A stretch of 64,000 nucleotides of DNA from Octopus sinensis (Eukaryota). The position numbers and the translations under genes were made by a program. Shown here one piece after another: positions 41,851 through 51,481 of the stretch. The notes below the pieces were generated by a model. That model did not search any database, had not been told where the DNA came from, and worked only from the letters and a program-made list of their open reading frames with translations. The stretch is from positions 17,236,001 to 17,300,000 of the forward strand of contig NC_043020.1 in the NCBI RefSeq assembly GCF_006345805.1, written 5' to 3'. Every line of letters begins with the position of its first letter. Position 1 is the first letter of the stretch.

Positions 41851-43981
41851 TCAAGATGTTCGTTAATTACCTTTACAATTTGAAAAAGAAAAAATGCAGA
41901 AGAAAATGAAAAATAAAGGTTAACTCAGCAGAGTTTATTGGAAAACATAGGCAAATAAATGAAGTTTTACTAGAAACATCAGAATATTTCTATGTGGGCT
42001 CCACTGGTAACAAAGAAGTTGATTGATGGATCCCAACTTTAATAGGTACAATAAATTGTGGAAGTTGTATAGATAATTTATGAACATTCTGCATATTGTG
42101 TTTTGCACCTTTGCATCATTTGTTGGTTTGATTTACAGTTGTTGTTGTTATTCCTTTTTCTGAGTGAACTGGAGCAGCATGAAATGAAATGTTTTGCTCA
42201 AGAACATGACATGTTGCCTGGTCCAGGAATTGAAATCACGATCTCACAACCATGAGTCCAACTCCACAACCGTTAACCCTTTAACATTCGGATTACTCTG
42301 TGAAATGTAATGCTCATTTATTCACATTGTATTCACATTAATCATGCATTATCTCATAGCTTTGAGATTTTTGATTATGGGATTATTTACTTTTAGTATG
42401 ACATTGTAGGGTAGGTGTGAGATACTAGATTTGGCCCGTTTGAACATAAAACATATAAGATATTTCGGCTGTACATGGCCAGTTTAAGTTTTAAAGGGTT
42501 TAAGCTACATTCCTCCACTCAGCCCGATGTTTACATGCTTTTATTTATAGCTGTATGTGATGTGCTCTGAGAATCACTGTTCCCCAAAAGATATATATAT
42601 ATATATAAGAAAATGCAGGAACAAATTCATTTCAATCATCAACTTAAAGATATTACCATTTCATATTATTTATTAACTACATAAATAGGAACATGAAAAT
42701 CGAACAAAACAATATACATCAATATGCAAGATAATAATACCATTAGAATAATACACAAAAAGTATATTGGATAACTGATATCCCATAGTGGGTTACCCTC
42801 ATAACCCCTATCTTACTTTGTATTATATATATGTGTGTGTGTATATGTATGTATATGTGCGCGTACACACACGGTATGAGTCCATTCTCTATATAATTTT
42901 AGAGAATGTGTTTAATTGAGACATTGAAGCCAGGGTTTTTTTTGCCTGTTTCTTGGTGAATTTTTTTTTTATGTATGTATTGTATCTCCAATTGATGTGG
43001 CTGTGATAGGTGCAACTATCGCAGCCACACCAATCGGAGATACAATACATTTGGTTAATATTCTACGGGGTGGTGCCCCAGCATGGCTGCAGTCTAATGA
43101 CTGAAATAAGTGAAAAAATAAAATAAATATGTTTGTGTATGTCTGATTTGTGGTATTGCTGTTTGTCTGATCTGTGTCTGTATATATATTTCTGATTTGT
43201 GTGTCTGAATTGTTTTTGTGTGTGACTGGCCTCTGGATAGAAATGACTCTGATTTTCATCATATCTGTGTGTAAATGAGACCTATTGTGATTATTATGCT
43301 ATTTTTAATTTCAGGCGGACGAAGTAAGCGCCGTAAAGATACACATGAGTCTCCGAAGAAGAAGTGGCAGCTGCAACAACAACTCGAGATGGGGAATAGT
43401 TTAGAAGCCTTGGCCAAGTATGCCTTGTATGATGTGGAACGAAGTCGACAGAAGAGACGCAAGAGTCCCGACAATGAGTTACGACGTAAACACTCAAAGA
43501 AGGAGATTGTTCAAGTCGATGATGACCGCAGCAAACAGAAACACAGCAATTCTGTGGTGAGTGGCCCTCGGACACCACCTGGCACACCACCATCAGATGT
43601 GGCACAAGATGCAGTCTCACCTCCTGATTCTCCGGCAGAACCTTTGAGTAATTCTCATGAATGGACTGAGTGGAATAATAGTCTGCTGAACACTGAGAAA
43701 GACGGTGCTATCAACAGTGTTAATTCAGATCGCGACCATCGAACATCGTCAGAACGCAAATCTAGTCCAGCTTCCGTTAGTGACAGTGTGGACCAGTCAA
43801 AATCAAATGCTGCCATTAACGAACCAGTTAACAACAGCACTGACTCTCTACATTCTCAGCATTTCTCCTCGGTTTCTGCACTTCACAATACGTCTTATTC
43901 CATGGATGCTGATAAATCTTCTGAGAAACACTTCAAGAAGCGCTATTTCTCCAAGACCAAACAGTGGAATCAGCAAAGCAG

Positions 43982-44016
<35 letters not shown>

Positions 44017-46146
44017 AGAGCAAACGGCTGCACAAGCATTGGGAAAATGACTTCTCCTCATCACATGGCAACAGTAGTGAACCAGACAGCTACAAAAGTC
44101 AGAGTTTTGAAATTGTTAATCGAGGTGATTTAAGTGGTGGTAAAGTGATTCTTAACCGCCTCATGACACAGAACAATGATCATGTCTATAGAATCTCGGA
44201 CTCCCATTCCTTAGAGCAACGAAACACAAACAGCCTACACAGTAAGCATCACAGTAAATCATCATTTACCGGCGCTGAATCTTCTCAGGGAGATGGAATT
44301 CCAAGTGCTGGTTCCAGCAAAACTTCCAGTAAGTATGTAATTCTACAAACATCCGACACACATTAATCCATGTAGTCAGGAGTTCAAATTCCACCTACTA
44401 GGTCTAGTTATTTTGCTTTTACTTCAGTTTGTTTGGTTAGCAAGAGGGTCCACCTACATTCCTATGCTACAATCTGCTGAGTAATTGAGCAATATTCTGG
44501 ATTGGATTGGATTGGCTTGGTTGGATTGCCCAAGTTCAGTCCACTGCAGAATGGAGGCTTCAGCATGTTCTCTCCAACCAACCACAGTCTCCTGTGGTGG
44601 CCACGAATTTGAGCTTGAGATCATACTGGTTTGATGTGCCTACTCTATCACACTGGCTTGACACGGCTTGGTAGAAGGATGCAGTTTTTTATACTCATAT
44701 CCAGGAGTAATTAAGCAATATACTAGTGTTTGGTTGAAATCTTGAATGCCTTTTTAGCAGCATCAGAACACTTGCCCAAGGTTCAGCAAAAGAGACCAAT
44801 AGAATAAGTACCAGGCTTATAAGTCCTGTGGTCATTTGACTAATATTCTACAAGGCAGTGTCCCAGCATGGCTGCAGTCTAATAACTGAAACACATGAAA
44901 GAAATAAAAGAAGTGTGTGTGTCTGTGTGTGATTTGTGGTATTGCTGTGTCTCTCATCTGTGTTTCAACAATAGTCCTGATTGAGCAGATCTTTGACCAA
45001 AACTATTCCAGCCCTGATCATACCATCATTTCTTTTTTAAAGATGGAAAAGAAAAATTTGAGGACAGTGTGTGATTTCTAACAGGTTAAGTGACCACATA
45101 ATGGATGATCTGACTATAGGTTGCTTTCACTTTTGTTGTGTTGCCCCTAGTTAGCTCGGACTGAGCAGTTCTGTCTATAGTACATAGAATGACTTTGGGA
45201 CGTTTAGGAGCAACCCATCCAGAAGATTCAGCTGGCCTTTGGCGATGATGCCATTGGCAAAACACAGGTCAAAGAGTGGTGCAACTGCTTCAAACATGAT
45301 CATACCTCAGTGTTGAGTGAGGCATTCTAAGGTAGTCAGGCTATCTAAAAGCTGAAATGAGGAGCTGATTGAGGACGGTTGGCTAATAGTCATGGAAGAC
45401 TGTCATGTAACAATCCAAGAAATTGCTCCACATGTCCATCTATCTGAGAACCATATTTCCCATTCCAGCATATTCTGATGAAATGGGTGAGATCACTGTT
45501 GTCTCAATCAGGGCTACTACAACTACCACTTTTATAAAAAAGGATACATACTCTAAATATTGTTCTAATGTGTCTACCTTTATCATCATCATCATCATCA
45601 TCATAATTTCAAGTTGCACTTGTCCATGCTTGCATGAATCGGACAGAGTTTATCAAAGCAGATTTTCTGTGACTTGGTGCCTTTCCTGTCACCAACTCTT
45701 AGCTGCTTCCAAACAAGGTAAATATTTCCCCTCAGTCAGACGTGTTTGCACAGAATATTGGGAATGTTTACAACATTATGTGATGTCACACACGCACACA
45801 CACATACAACAGGCTTCTTTCAATTTCTATCTAACAAATCCACTCACAAGACTTTGGTTGGTCCAAGGCTGTAGTAAAAGACACTTCCCCAATCCCACTG
45901 TGTGATTGAACTCAAAACCACATGGTTGGGAAGCAAACTTCTTAACCAAACAGCCAAAATTGTACCTATCATTTATATGAAAATAATATAGGCTCAGGTG
46001 TGGCTGTGTCATAAGAAGCTTGCTTCTCAGCCACATTGTTCTGGGTTCAGTCCCACTGTGTGGCACCTTCGGCAAATATCTTCTACTATAGCCTTGGGGC
46101 GACCAAAGCCTTTTGAGTGGATTTGGAAACTGAAAGAAGCCCATTG

Positions 46147-46188
<42 letters not shown>

Positions 46189-47102
46189 CGTGTCTGTCTG
46201 TATTTGACCTCGCCCATCATCGCTTGACAACTGTTGTTGGTGTGTTTACATCCCTGTAACTTAGTTGTTCAGCCAAAGAGACTGATAGAATAAGTACTAG
46301 GTTTAAAAAATTAATCCTGGGGTCAAATTGTTTAAAGGCAGCACTCCAGCATGGCCACAGTCAGATGATTGAAACGAATAAAAGAATAAAAGAGCGTGTG
46401 TGTATGTGTATTCTGTCTCCTTGCCATGATATCACATGATGGTTGTAAACAAGTATCACCGTCTTGCAAGTGCTGTCCTTTGTTTCCAATCTTCCGTAAA
46501 AACATGTCTGGTGAGCGTAGAAAATCCGCCTCAGCTGATTCTGTCCGACTGACCCATGTGAGCACAGAAAAGTGGACATTAAAAGCAATGTTGTTGAAGA
46601 TGATGGTAATCATGATGATGATGATTACACACACACACAAACACATATATATACACACATGCACACACATACACAAATGTGATCATGATTATGATGATGA
46701 TTACACACACACAAACACATATATATATACACACATGCACACACAAACACATATATATACACACATGCACACACATACACAAGTGTGATGATTACACACA
46801 CACAAACACATATATATATACACACACATGCACACACATACACAAATGTATTTATGAAGAAGAGATATAAGTATTTGATTGATGTGTTTATTTATTTATC
46901 TGAATCTGAGATATCCCTTGATTACCACTCCGAATTTCTCCATCTCCCCTTTATTTCATATTCCCCGCCAGCAATCCTCATTTCTTTCTCACAGCATAAA
47001 CTGTAGTCAAATGTTGTTATATTATCTATAAATGGTTTTCACTTTTCTTTTGCAGGACTTTCTACTAATCAAAGCAAGACTTGTGGCAACAGGAACTATT
47101 GA
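2554..47102 (+). CDS. DOT1L: DOT1L histone H3K79 methyltransferase, C-terminal half (8 coding exons in window; catalytic domain upstream of window)
   Basis: Spliced product contains [57 protein letters not shown] and LLNHNKQL. These match remembered human DOT1L ALDALHAQTVSQT, TPPALQKLLESFKIQYLQFLAYTKTPQYKASLQELLGQEK and ISAHNQQL. Exon lengths 133+123+132+92+102+1780+1014+47 = 3423 nt, all GT-AG and phase-compatible. Confidence 0.92.
2893..3121. mobile_element. TTAA-flanked piggyBac-type MITE (about 230 bp); further copies at 4914-5141, about 7690-7905, 24992-25218, about 29560-29780, 42273-42503
   Basis: TTAA|CCCTTTAG ... CTAAAGGG|TTAA termini with a shared internal sequence. Confidence 0.85.
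3716..3838 (+). CDS. DOT1L: DOT1L exon B ([14 protein letters not shown]...[18 protein letters not shown])
   Basis: ttttcag| acceptor, G|gtaatt donor, 123 nt, phase 1-1, contains the conserved LHxQT motif. Confidence 0.9.
4688..4819 (+). CDS. DOT1L: DOT1L exon C (ASSENSVSC...[10 protein letters not shown])
   Basis: ttccag| acceptor, G|gtaagt donor, 132 nt, phase 1-1; PPAMQRFF resembles PPALQKLL. Confidence 0.9.
6679..6770 (+). CDS. DOT1L: DOT1L exon D ([31 protein letters not shown]), start of coiled coil
   Basis: ttgcag| acceptor, AAG|gtatgt donor, KTPQYK motif identical to human DOT1L. Confidence 0.93.
8652..8753 (+). CDS. DOT1L: DOT1L exon E ([34 protein letters not shown]), coiled coil
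   Basis: cttgcag| acceptor, GAA|gtaagt donor, 102 nt, phase 0-0, heptad pattern. Confidence 0.92.
10055..10478 (+). mobile_element. Mariner-derived non-autonomous element with a nested LINE 3' end
   Basis: TA-ttgggttggtgcgtaattatt ... ataattaagcacaaa-TA; contains a transposase tail ([16 protein letters not shown]). Confidence 0.6.
10110..10290 (+). mobile_element. CR1/L2-type LINE 3' terminus
   Basis: [31 protein letters not shown] followed by an (AACT)n tail. Confidence 0.65.
10528..10952. mobile_element. Same MITE family, copy lacking the SINE core
   Basis: Shares ccttgggtag..aactgttatttcc and the ...gttacacagtg end with 40060-40548. Confidence 0.65.
14793..17645 (+). repeat. Tandem duplication of a compound (TA/TG) microsatellite + SINE + unique DNA unit
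   Basis: 15541-16040 equals 17145-17645 apart from one G indel seen; the microsatellite interruption patterns are also copied. Confidence 0.93.
17722..18200. mobile_element. Same MITE family, older copy with the SINE core
   Basis: Colinear with 40060-40548. Confidence 0.65.
18461..18620 (+). other. Candidate alternative terminal exon of DOT1L (GCA TAA: Ala-stop)
   Basis: About 60-nt polypyrimidine tract ending in ttcctttcag at 18460. The phase-0 reading from exon E gives Ala-stop; AATAAA at about 18608. Confidence 0.4.
19270..20955 (-). mobile_element. Degenerate DNA transposon, Chapaev3-like (CMC), with a SINE fragment inserted at about 19895-20030
   Basis: Minus-strand fragments [28 protein letters not shown]...[24 protein letters not shown]...[11 protein letters not shown] and NLGAVSGE; subterminal inverted similarity at about 19290-19350 and 20860-20930. 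Superfamily assigned from memory. Confidence 0.7.
21630..21862. repeat. Inverted repeat: 107-bp arms, 19-nt loop, one mismatch
   Basis: aaacagtaaccgctcg...tctcca / tggaga...cgagcggttactgttt. Confidence 0.95.
26626..26945 (+). mobile_element. SINE family B (gaaggcgcatggctcagtggttagagcg tRNA-like head). Other copies: 56245-56578 -, 60380-60705 +; partial 23915-24100 +, 41080-41190 -, 42160-42270 -, 1500-1730 -; variant 21010-21330 +
   Basis: tRNA-like A box (tggctcagtgg) and B box (gttcgaattcc-like); shared body across copies. Confidence 0.85.
28565..28917. repeat. 353-bp near-perfect palindrome next to (TA)n
   Basis: Arms are reverse complements centred at 28741; the ORF track shows the same peptide on both strands (28581 + and 28901 -). 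Confidence 0.95.
30819..31391. mobile_element. Tc1-like MITE containing a nested Helentron/DINE-like element (about 30880-31216) and (CTT)n
   Basis: TA|caggctgggtcaaaagtcatgcacca ... tggtgcatgacatttgacccacc|TA; the nested element has ctaccttagcgaagg / ccttggtggagg subterminal repeats. Confidence 0.6.
31217..31322 (+). repeat. (CTT)n microsatellite
   Basis: Direct reading; produces the spurious poly-E, poly-R, poly-S and poly-L ORFs. Confidence 0.97.
32551..33650 (+). mobile_element. Mariner (DD34D-type) transposon relic, 5'-truncated, with stops and frameshifts
   Basis: Fragments [44 protein letters not shown] and [13 protein letters not shown]. 3' end ...gggataacctgtta followed by TA; no 5' TIR found. 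Confidence 0.9.
33836..34151 (-). mobile_element. Non-autonomous Helitron (second family)
   Basis: Minus strand begins TCTACTAC and ends CTAG|T; shares a gatgaaacttgaca motif with 35136-35462. Confidence 0.6.
35136..35462 (+). mobile_element. Non-autonomous Helitron
   Basis: A|TC 5' end, subterminal GC-rich segment caacgccgggcg, CTAG|T 3' end, no TSD. Confidence 0.75.
36194..36285 (-). ncRNA. Type I hammerhead ribozyme (minimal palindromic stem III), antisense to DOT1L
   Basis: Minus strand: aattactgta-CUGAAGA-(ggag...ctct stem II)-GAAA-CGC-GUA|-tgcagttaat. Stem I about 9 bp; stem III core is the palindrome ACGCGU; stem II closes with a G.U wobble. Confidence 0.75.
36358..36648 (-). mobile_element. 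Additional tRNA-derived SINE family copy
   Basis: Minus strand begins gtggaggcacaatggcccagtggttagggcagtggactcgcggtcg (tRNA-like head). Confidence 0.7.
37080..37860. mobile_element. Nested cluster of TTAA MITEs, including a second family at 37572-37801
   Basis: Successive ttaa|cccttt starts at 37081, 37407 and 37572; the inner element ends acgaaaggg|ttaa and the host sequence resumes. Confidence 0.75.
38249..40028 (+). CDS. DOT1L: DOT1L exon F (1780 nt): end of coiled coil, acidic tract, Ser/His-rich disordered region with 22-aa repeats
   Basis: Long polypyrimidine tract, TACTAAC at 38191-38197, ccag|AAC acceptor, G|gttagt donor. Lies in the 644-aa ORF frame; HNKQL continues the DOT1L coiled-coil alignment from exon E. 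Confidence 0.9.
39533..39757 (+). repeat. Coding tandem repeat: about 3 x 66 bp ([12 protein letters not shown][T/A]G[G/A]AYSHST) running into (SH)n
   Basis: Copies start at 39533, 39599 and 39665, in frame within DOT1L exon F. Confidence 0.95.
40060..40548. mobile_element. MITE with CACTGTGTAAC/GTTACACAGTG termini (Chapaev3-like), carrying a SINE-derived core
   Basis: TIRs visible; flanks cta/tta; related copies at 10528-10952 and 17722-18200. Confidence 0.7.
41365..41463 (+). ncRNA. Type I hammerhead ribozyme (minimal stem III), intronic, sense to DOT1L
   Basis: Stem I 41365-77/41451-63 (11 of 13 pairs). CUGAUGA at 41378-84. Stem II G41385-C41438 (10 of the first 12 pairs). GAAA at 41439-42, stem III AC-augu-GU, cleavage triplet GUC at 41448-50. 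Confidence 0.85.
43315..44328 (+). CDS. DOT1L: DOT1L exon G (1014 nt): basic NLS-like tracts, [19 protein letters not shown] helix, Ser-rich tail
   Basis: tttcag|GC acceptor in phase 1 matches exon F; A|gtaagt donor; lies within the 363-aa ORF. Confidence 0.85.
45205..45430 (+). mobile_element. Mariner transposase N-terminal HTH fragment
   Basis: [30 protein letters not shown] resembles the mariner HTH; degraded. Confidence 0.6.
45990..46390 (+). mobile_element. SINE family A (gtggctgtgtggtaagaagcttgcttcccaacc head, internal microsatellite). Other copies: 2148-2465 -, 4270-4610 -, 7105-7515 -, 12568-12890 +, 15545-15860 +, 17149-17465 +, 23000-23155 -, 45810-45950 -, 53275-53540 +, 58068-58470 +
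   Basis: Many mutually alignable dispersed copies with pol III A/B-box-like heads and a ...gactgaaacaagtaaaag tail. Confidence 0.85.
46600..46850 (+). repeat. Higher-order compound microsatellite (units of gatgattac(ac)n-aaacacatatat-acacacatgcacacacatacacaa)
   Basis: 3-4 imperfect units of about 60-70 bp. Confidence 0.8.
47056..47102 (+). CDS. DOT1L: DOT1L terminal coding exon ((R)[14 protein letters not shown])
   Basis: cttttcttttgcag|GA acceptor, phase 1 compatible with exon G; TGA at 47100-47102 followed by AT/U-rich UTR-like sequence. Confidence 0.7.
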
Positions 47103-50100
47103 AGACACCCTTTTTAGGGAGTTTTAAAATAATAATATTAATAATAATAAATAATAATAATAATGATAAATGAACATAAATGAAAGAACGAACTACTCAA
47201 TGTAATTAGTATTATTTATATCTAAAGTAAATCATTTGACATCAAGAGAGGAAAAAAAAAAATGGAGCGTGTGGGATGGGTGGGATATAGAGGAATCATA
47301 TCATGACATATATGGACACACAGACACACACACACACACATTTACAGCCACCTCACTCATATCCATACACATATACACACACACACAAACACATTCAATT
47401 TATACACATTTACATGTGCAGAGAACATTATTGCGTATGTACGTGTGTGAGAGAGAGAGAGCGTGCGTGTGTGTGTGTGTATGTATGTGTGCGTATGTTA
47501 TTTGTGGCGTCTTTTAACCATCATACTGTGGACAGTGGTAGTTGGCCGGTAGACTGGGCGGTTGGTGATTCTGTTATTTTATGTCATTATGTCTGTTTTT
47601 GTCCTTTCACTCTTGGCGTTGGATACTGAGTATAACTGCCACCACAACTACCACTTCTACCACCACTACCCCTTTCCACCCTCACCTTTTGTCTAGATTG
47701 ATCTCTTGTCATTTTTTCTGGGGTTTTTTTCCAAAATTTTTTTTTTCCATAATGATTTATTTTTTTGCATTTTTCTCTTTCTTCGATATTTTTCACTTTT
47801 TCTCTTTACCTCCCTTCCCCCCTCCGCCCCCTTTTCCGTTTTGTTTTGTTTTTTTTTTTGTTTTTGTTTTTTCCTTTTGTTAAAAAAGCTTTTGTTGAAC
47901 CTTTATCTTGATGGAGTGTGTGCAGGTGGGAGTTCTGTATCATGGATTACTTTTTTTTTTGCTTCAGAAAATTTATATTGGTTTGACTGGTGGAATTGCT
48001 CCCCTTCTTTCATTGTTCTAAATCTCTCTTACTTTCACTTTCTCTTTGTCTAAATTCATTGCTTTTTACAATGTTTCTCTTCCATTTTTCATTATATGCT
48101 ATTGAAATTTAAGATTTACAAAAAATATTTATCTAGTAACAGATGTATGCATGCTTGTACACATAGACACACACACACATATATAAATGCATACACATAC
48201 AGTTATATCATGTTTATATATATATGTGTGTGTGTGTATTTATATATATATATATACATACGTACATATGTAGATATATTAATGGAGTCATACATCTACA
48301 AGCATATTCTCACTCATACCTATACATACATAAATACATTTAGACACACACACACACACATATATATTTATTTATTTATTTATAAAATTGAATTTAATTT
48401 ATTTCTGATTTTTAAAGAATATTTTTCAACTTTTTGTTAATTTTATTTTCATTTTTATCGTCTTTGATTTTATAGTTAAGCAAAGTCGGGTGTTAGTTAT
48501 AGATTTATGTGTAGGACGGGTATTGGTCTGAAATATTGTAGCATTTACTGCATTCTTGGCAATCTCATAAACAATTTCCTAAAGACGGAACAGATTTTCT
48601 TGTCAGGTTTAACGAAGAGTAGGAAATATGGGGTCTGTCATATCTCTAAAAGCAGCATGACTATCAGTAGTAGTAATAACAATGGTTTCATGTTTTGGCT
48701 CAAGGCCAGCAATTTCAGGGGAAGGGGTAAATCGGTTACATCAACTCCAATGCTAAGTTGGTACTTATTTTATTGACCCCGAAAGGACGGAAAGCAAAAG
48801 TTGACCTTAACGGAACTTGAACTCAGAACAGACAGGCAGACAAAATGGCACTTAGTATATTAGTGGTTTTAGATAGATTTAAAAAGAAAATTGTCATGTT
48901 TACCTCAATTTCTCTGACAATATTTGCTGTTGGATAATAAAAGCAATATTCAAATATGATGATAATAATAATAATAATAATAATGATGATAAAGTTATTC
49001 TAAATTCTGTGGGTAGAAGCAGTCAATTAATTCTATCCCAGAATGACGAAGCCATCAGTAATAGGAATTGAATTCATAATATAATGGAGACCAGACTAAA
49101 TTCTACAAAGCCTTTCGTTTGGCACATTATCATTGCCATCCATGATGGTGATGATGATGATGATAATGCTGATTTCTTCAGGTCAATGTTACACATATGT
49201 AGGGTTGGGCAGATACTTTTTCAATTCTAAACAAAACCCACATATCCCACCTCTTATACTCTTACTAAATATACCCATTCCATATTCAGTTCCCCCTACT
49301 ATCACTCTTTAGCCATCACACTTTCTCTCTATCACTCATCTTTATCGCTACTCCCCACTCTTTAAACTTTCTCATTTCCATTATCACCCAGTCTGCCTCA
49401 TTTCCCCCATCATGCTGTTTTTCAGTTCCACCTCCTTACCAGTAATCCTCGTGTAGCTGCCTATCACTAGCTCTTTCTTCTATTTTCTCTGCAGTCCTAG
49501 TTCTCTCTCTTCTATTCACTCTCTCAGTCATGTCTTGAATGAATGGAAACATCATGAAGAGGACACTTTAGTCTTGCTGGGGGTTAGACAAGCCAACTTC
49601 TCTAGTGTTGGTTGTACAATTAGATGCATCCAATATGCTCTGTAAAATGGTTGACATTAAGAAGGGCATTCAACCATAGAAACCCTATCAGAAATGGACT
49701 GTACAGGCAAGATATCTCTAAGCCATCAAAGGAAGCAGTAATTCTGTTTATGGAGGTGATTTGAACCATAGTTATCTGTCTAACCCATGCTGGCATGGGA
49801 AAGCAGATGCAAAATGGATAATTGTCTCTCTCCCCTAATAAACCTTTATATTCTTCCTCTCTTTTTTCTGTCTCTAGATAAACCTTTATACATCTTCCTC
49901 ATCATCTCTCTCTGAACTATCTTTCCCCCTTCTATACAAACATTCGACAACTCCACTCCTTTTCAACAGTGCAATGATCAATTGTTGAGGTCTGCAACTT
50001 CTGCAACATTCTCTGACAGTCATGGTGTATTACCAGTTAAACCCTGTCAGAATGGTTCAATAGATCTCCAAATCTCAGGACAAACTTTAAAAATTGTGAA

Positions 50101-50569
50101 ATGAAGCCTTTAGGGTTTAAGGTAGTCAAACAGAACAGGATTTCAATACATGTTCATTCCACTCACTTGAGATTAGTGCATGTAATGAGCTGACTCTGTA
50201 TTAGTTTTTCACTCATACTTTAATGATTGTACATGGTAATTTACTCATTGTCAAACAATAAGATAAAATTTTTAAAAAAATAAATAAAAAACCAACAAAA
50301 TTTGATCTCTTAATACATAAATAGGAGTTTACATCATCCCCACCCTGTGTCTTTGAAATTGCCAACACCACCATGCTGCCACCATCAACACCACCACCAT
50401 GCTGACATCACTGCTCTACTACTACTACTACTACTACTACTACTGGGTTTGTCACTGATCTCAAAAGCTGGGAGATAGTTGAACATTATTTTGACCAATC
50501 ATATTTAAGCTATCATTTTGCACTAGCTATTTAATTATTCATAACCTATGTTGTATGTGTGTGTATAAT

Positions 50570-50615
<46 letters not shown>

Positions 50616-51024
50616 GTATGTATGTATATGTATGTATGTATGTGAAATTTAACGATGGGAACAACATTTACCAAGTTATTGATGGAGCAGGGGGAAAAGA
50701 GAATGTCTTTTTTTCATTCAGTTTCGTTGCATTTTTTATATATACTTGTTTTCTCCTCTCCCTTCTCCAACATTTTGGTGATATCATTCCAAACAAAAAA
50801 CAAAATCTATAGCTCTATCACTGCCAAAACCAGCTATTAAATCAGACATTTTACCACAAACTAGAGAGCTGATTTGGGGAAACACCATTCGATCTTCTGT
50901 GCATTTCGTTGTAGTTGTTATTGTTGTTGTTGTTATAGGTTATGAATAGGTTATGTGGCTCCTTGCTTCTTAGTCTTGTTCCCTCTTTTTGTTGTTCATT
51001 TCTGTTGTTTCCACACAAACTACT

Positions 51025-51481
51025 TTAATCCTTCAGCATTCAGATTACTCTGTCAAACGCAATGCTTATTTATTCACATTGTTTTGAATTAATCATGCAT
51101 TATCTCATAGCTTTGAGATGTCAACGGTGTGATTGCACATTTTTAGAACAACATTGTAGGGTAGGTGTGAGAAGCCAGATCTGGCTGGTTTGAAAATGAA
51201 GCATTTAGAATATTTGGGCTTGATATGGCCCGTTTAAATGCTAAAAGGTTAACCATTTAGCATTCAGATTACTCTGTCAAATGTAATGCTTATTTATTCA
51301 CCTTGTCTTGAATGCTAATCATGCATTATCTCATAGCTTCGAGATTTCAGTGGTATGATTGTTTATTTTTACAGTGACATAGTAGGGTAGGTATGGAAGG
51401 CGGCCAGATCTGGCTAGTTTAAACACAAAGCAGGTAGAATATTTGGCTGGACATGGATGGTTTAAATTGCCAAAGGGTTAA
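51025..51481. mobile_element. Two tandem TTAA MITE copies sharing one TTAA
   Basis: ...aaaagg TTAA ccattt... junction near 51250. Confidence 0.8.
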
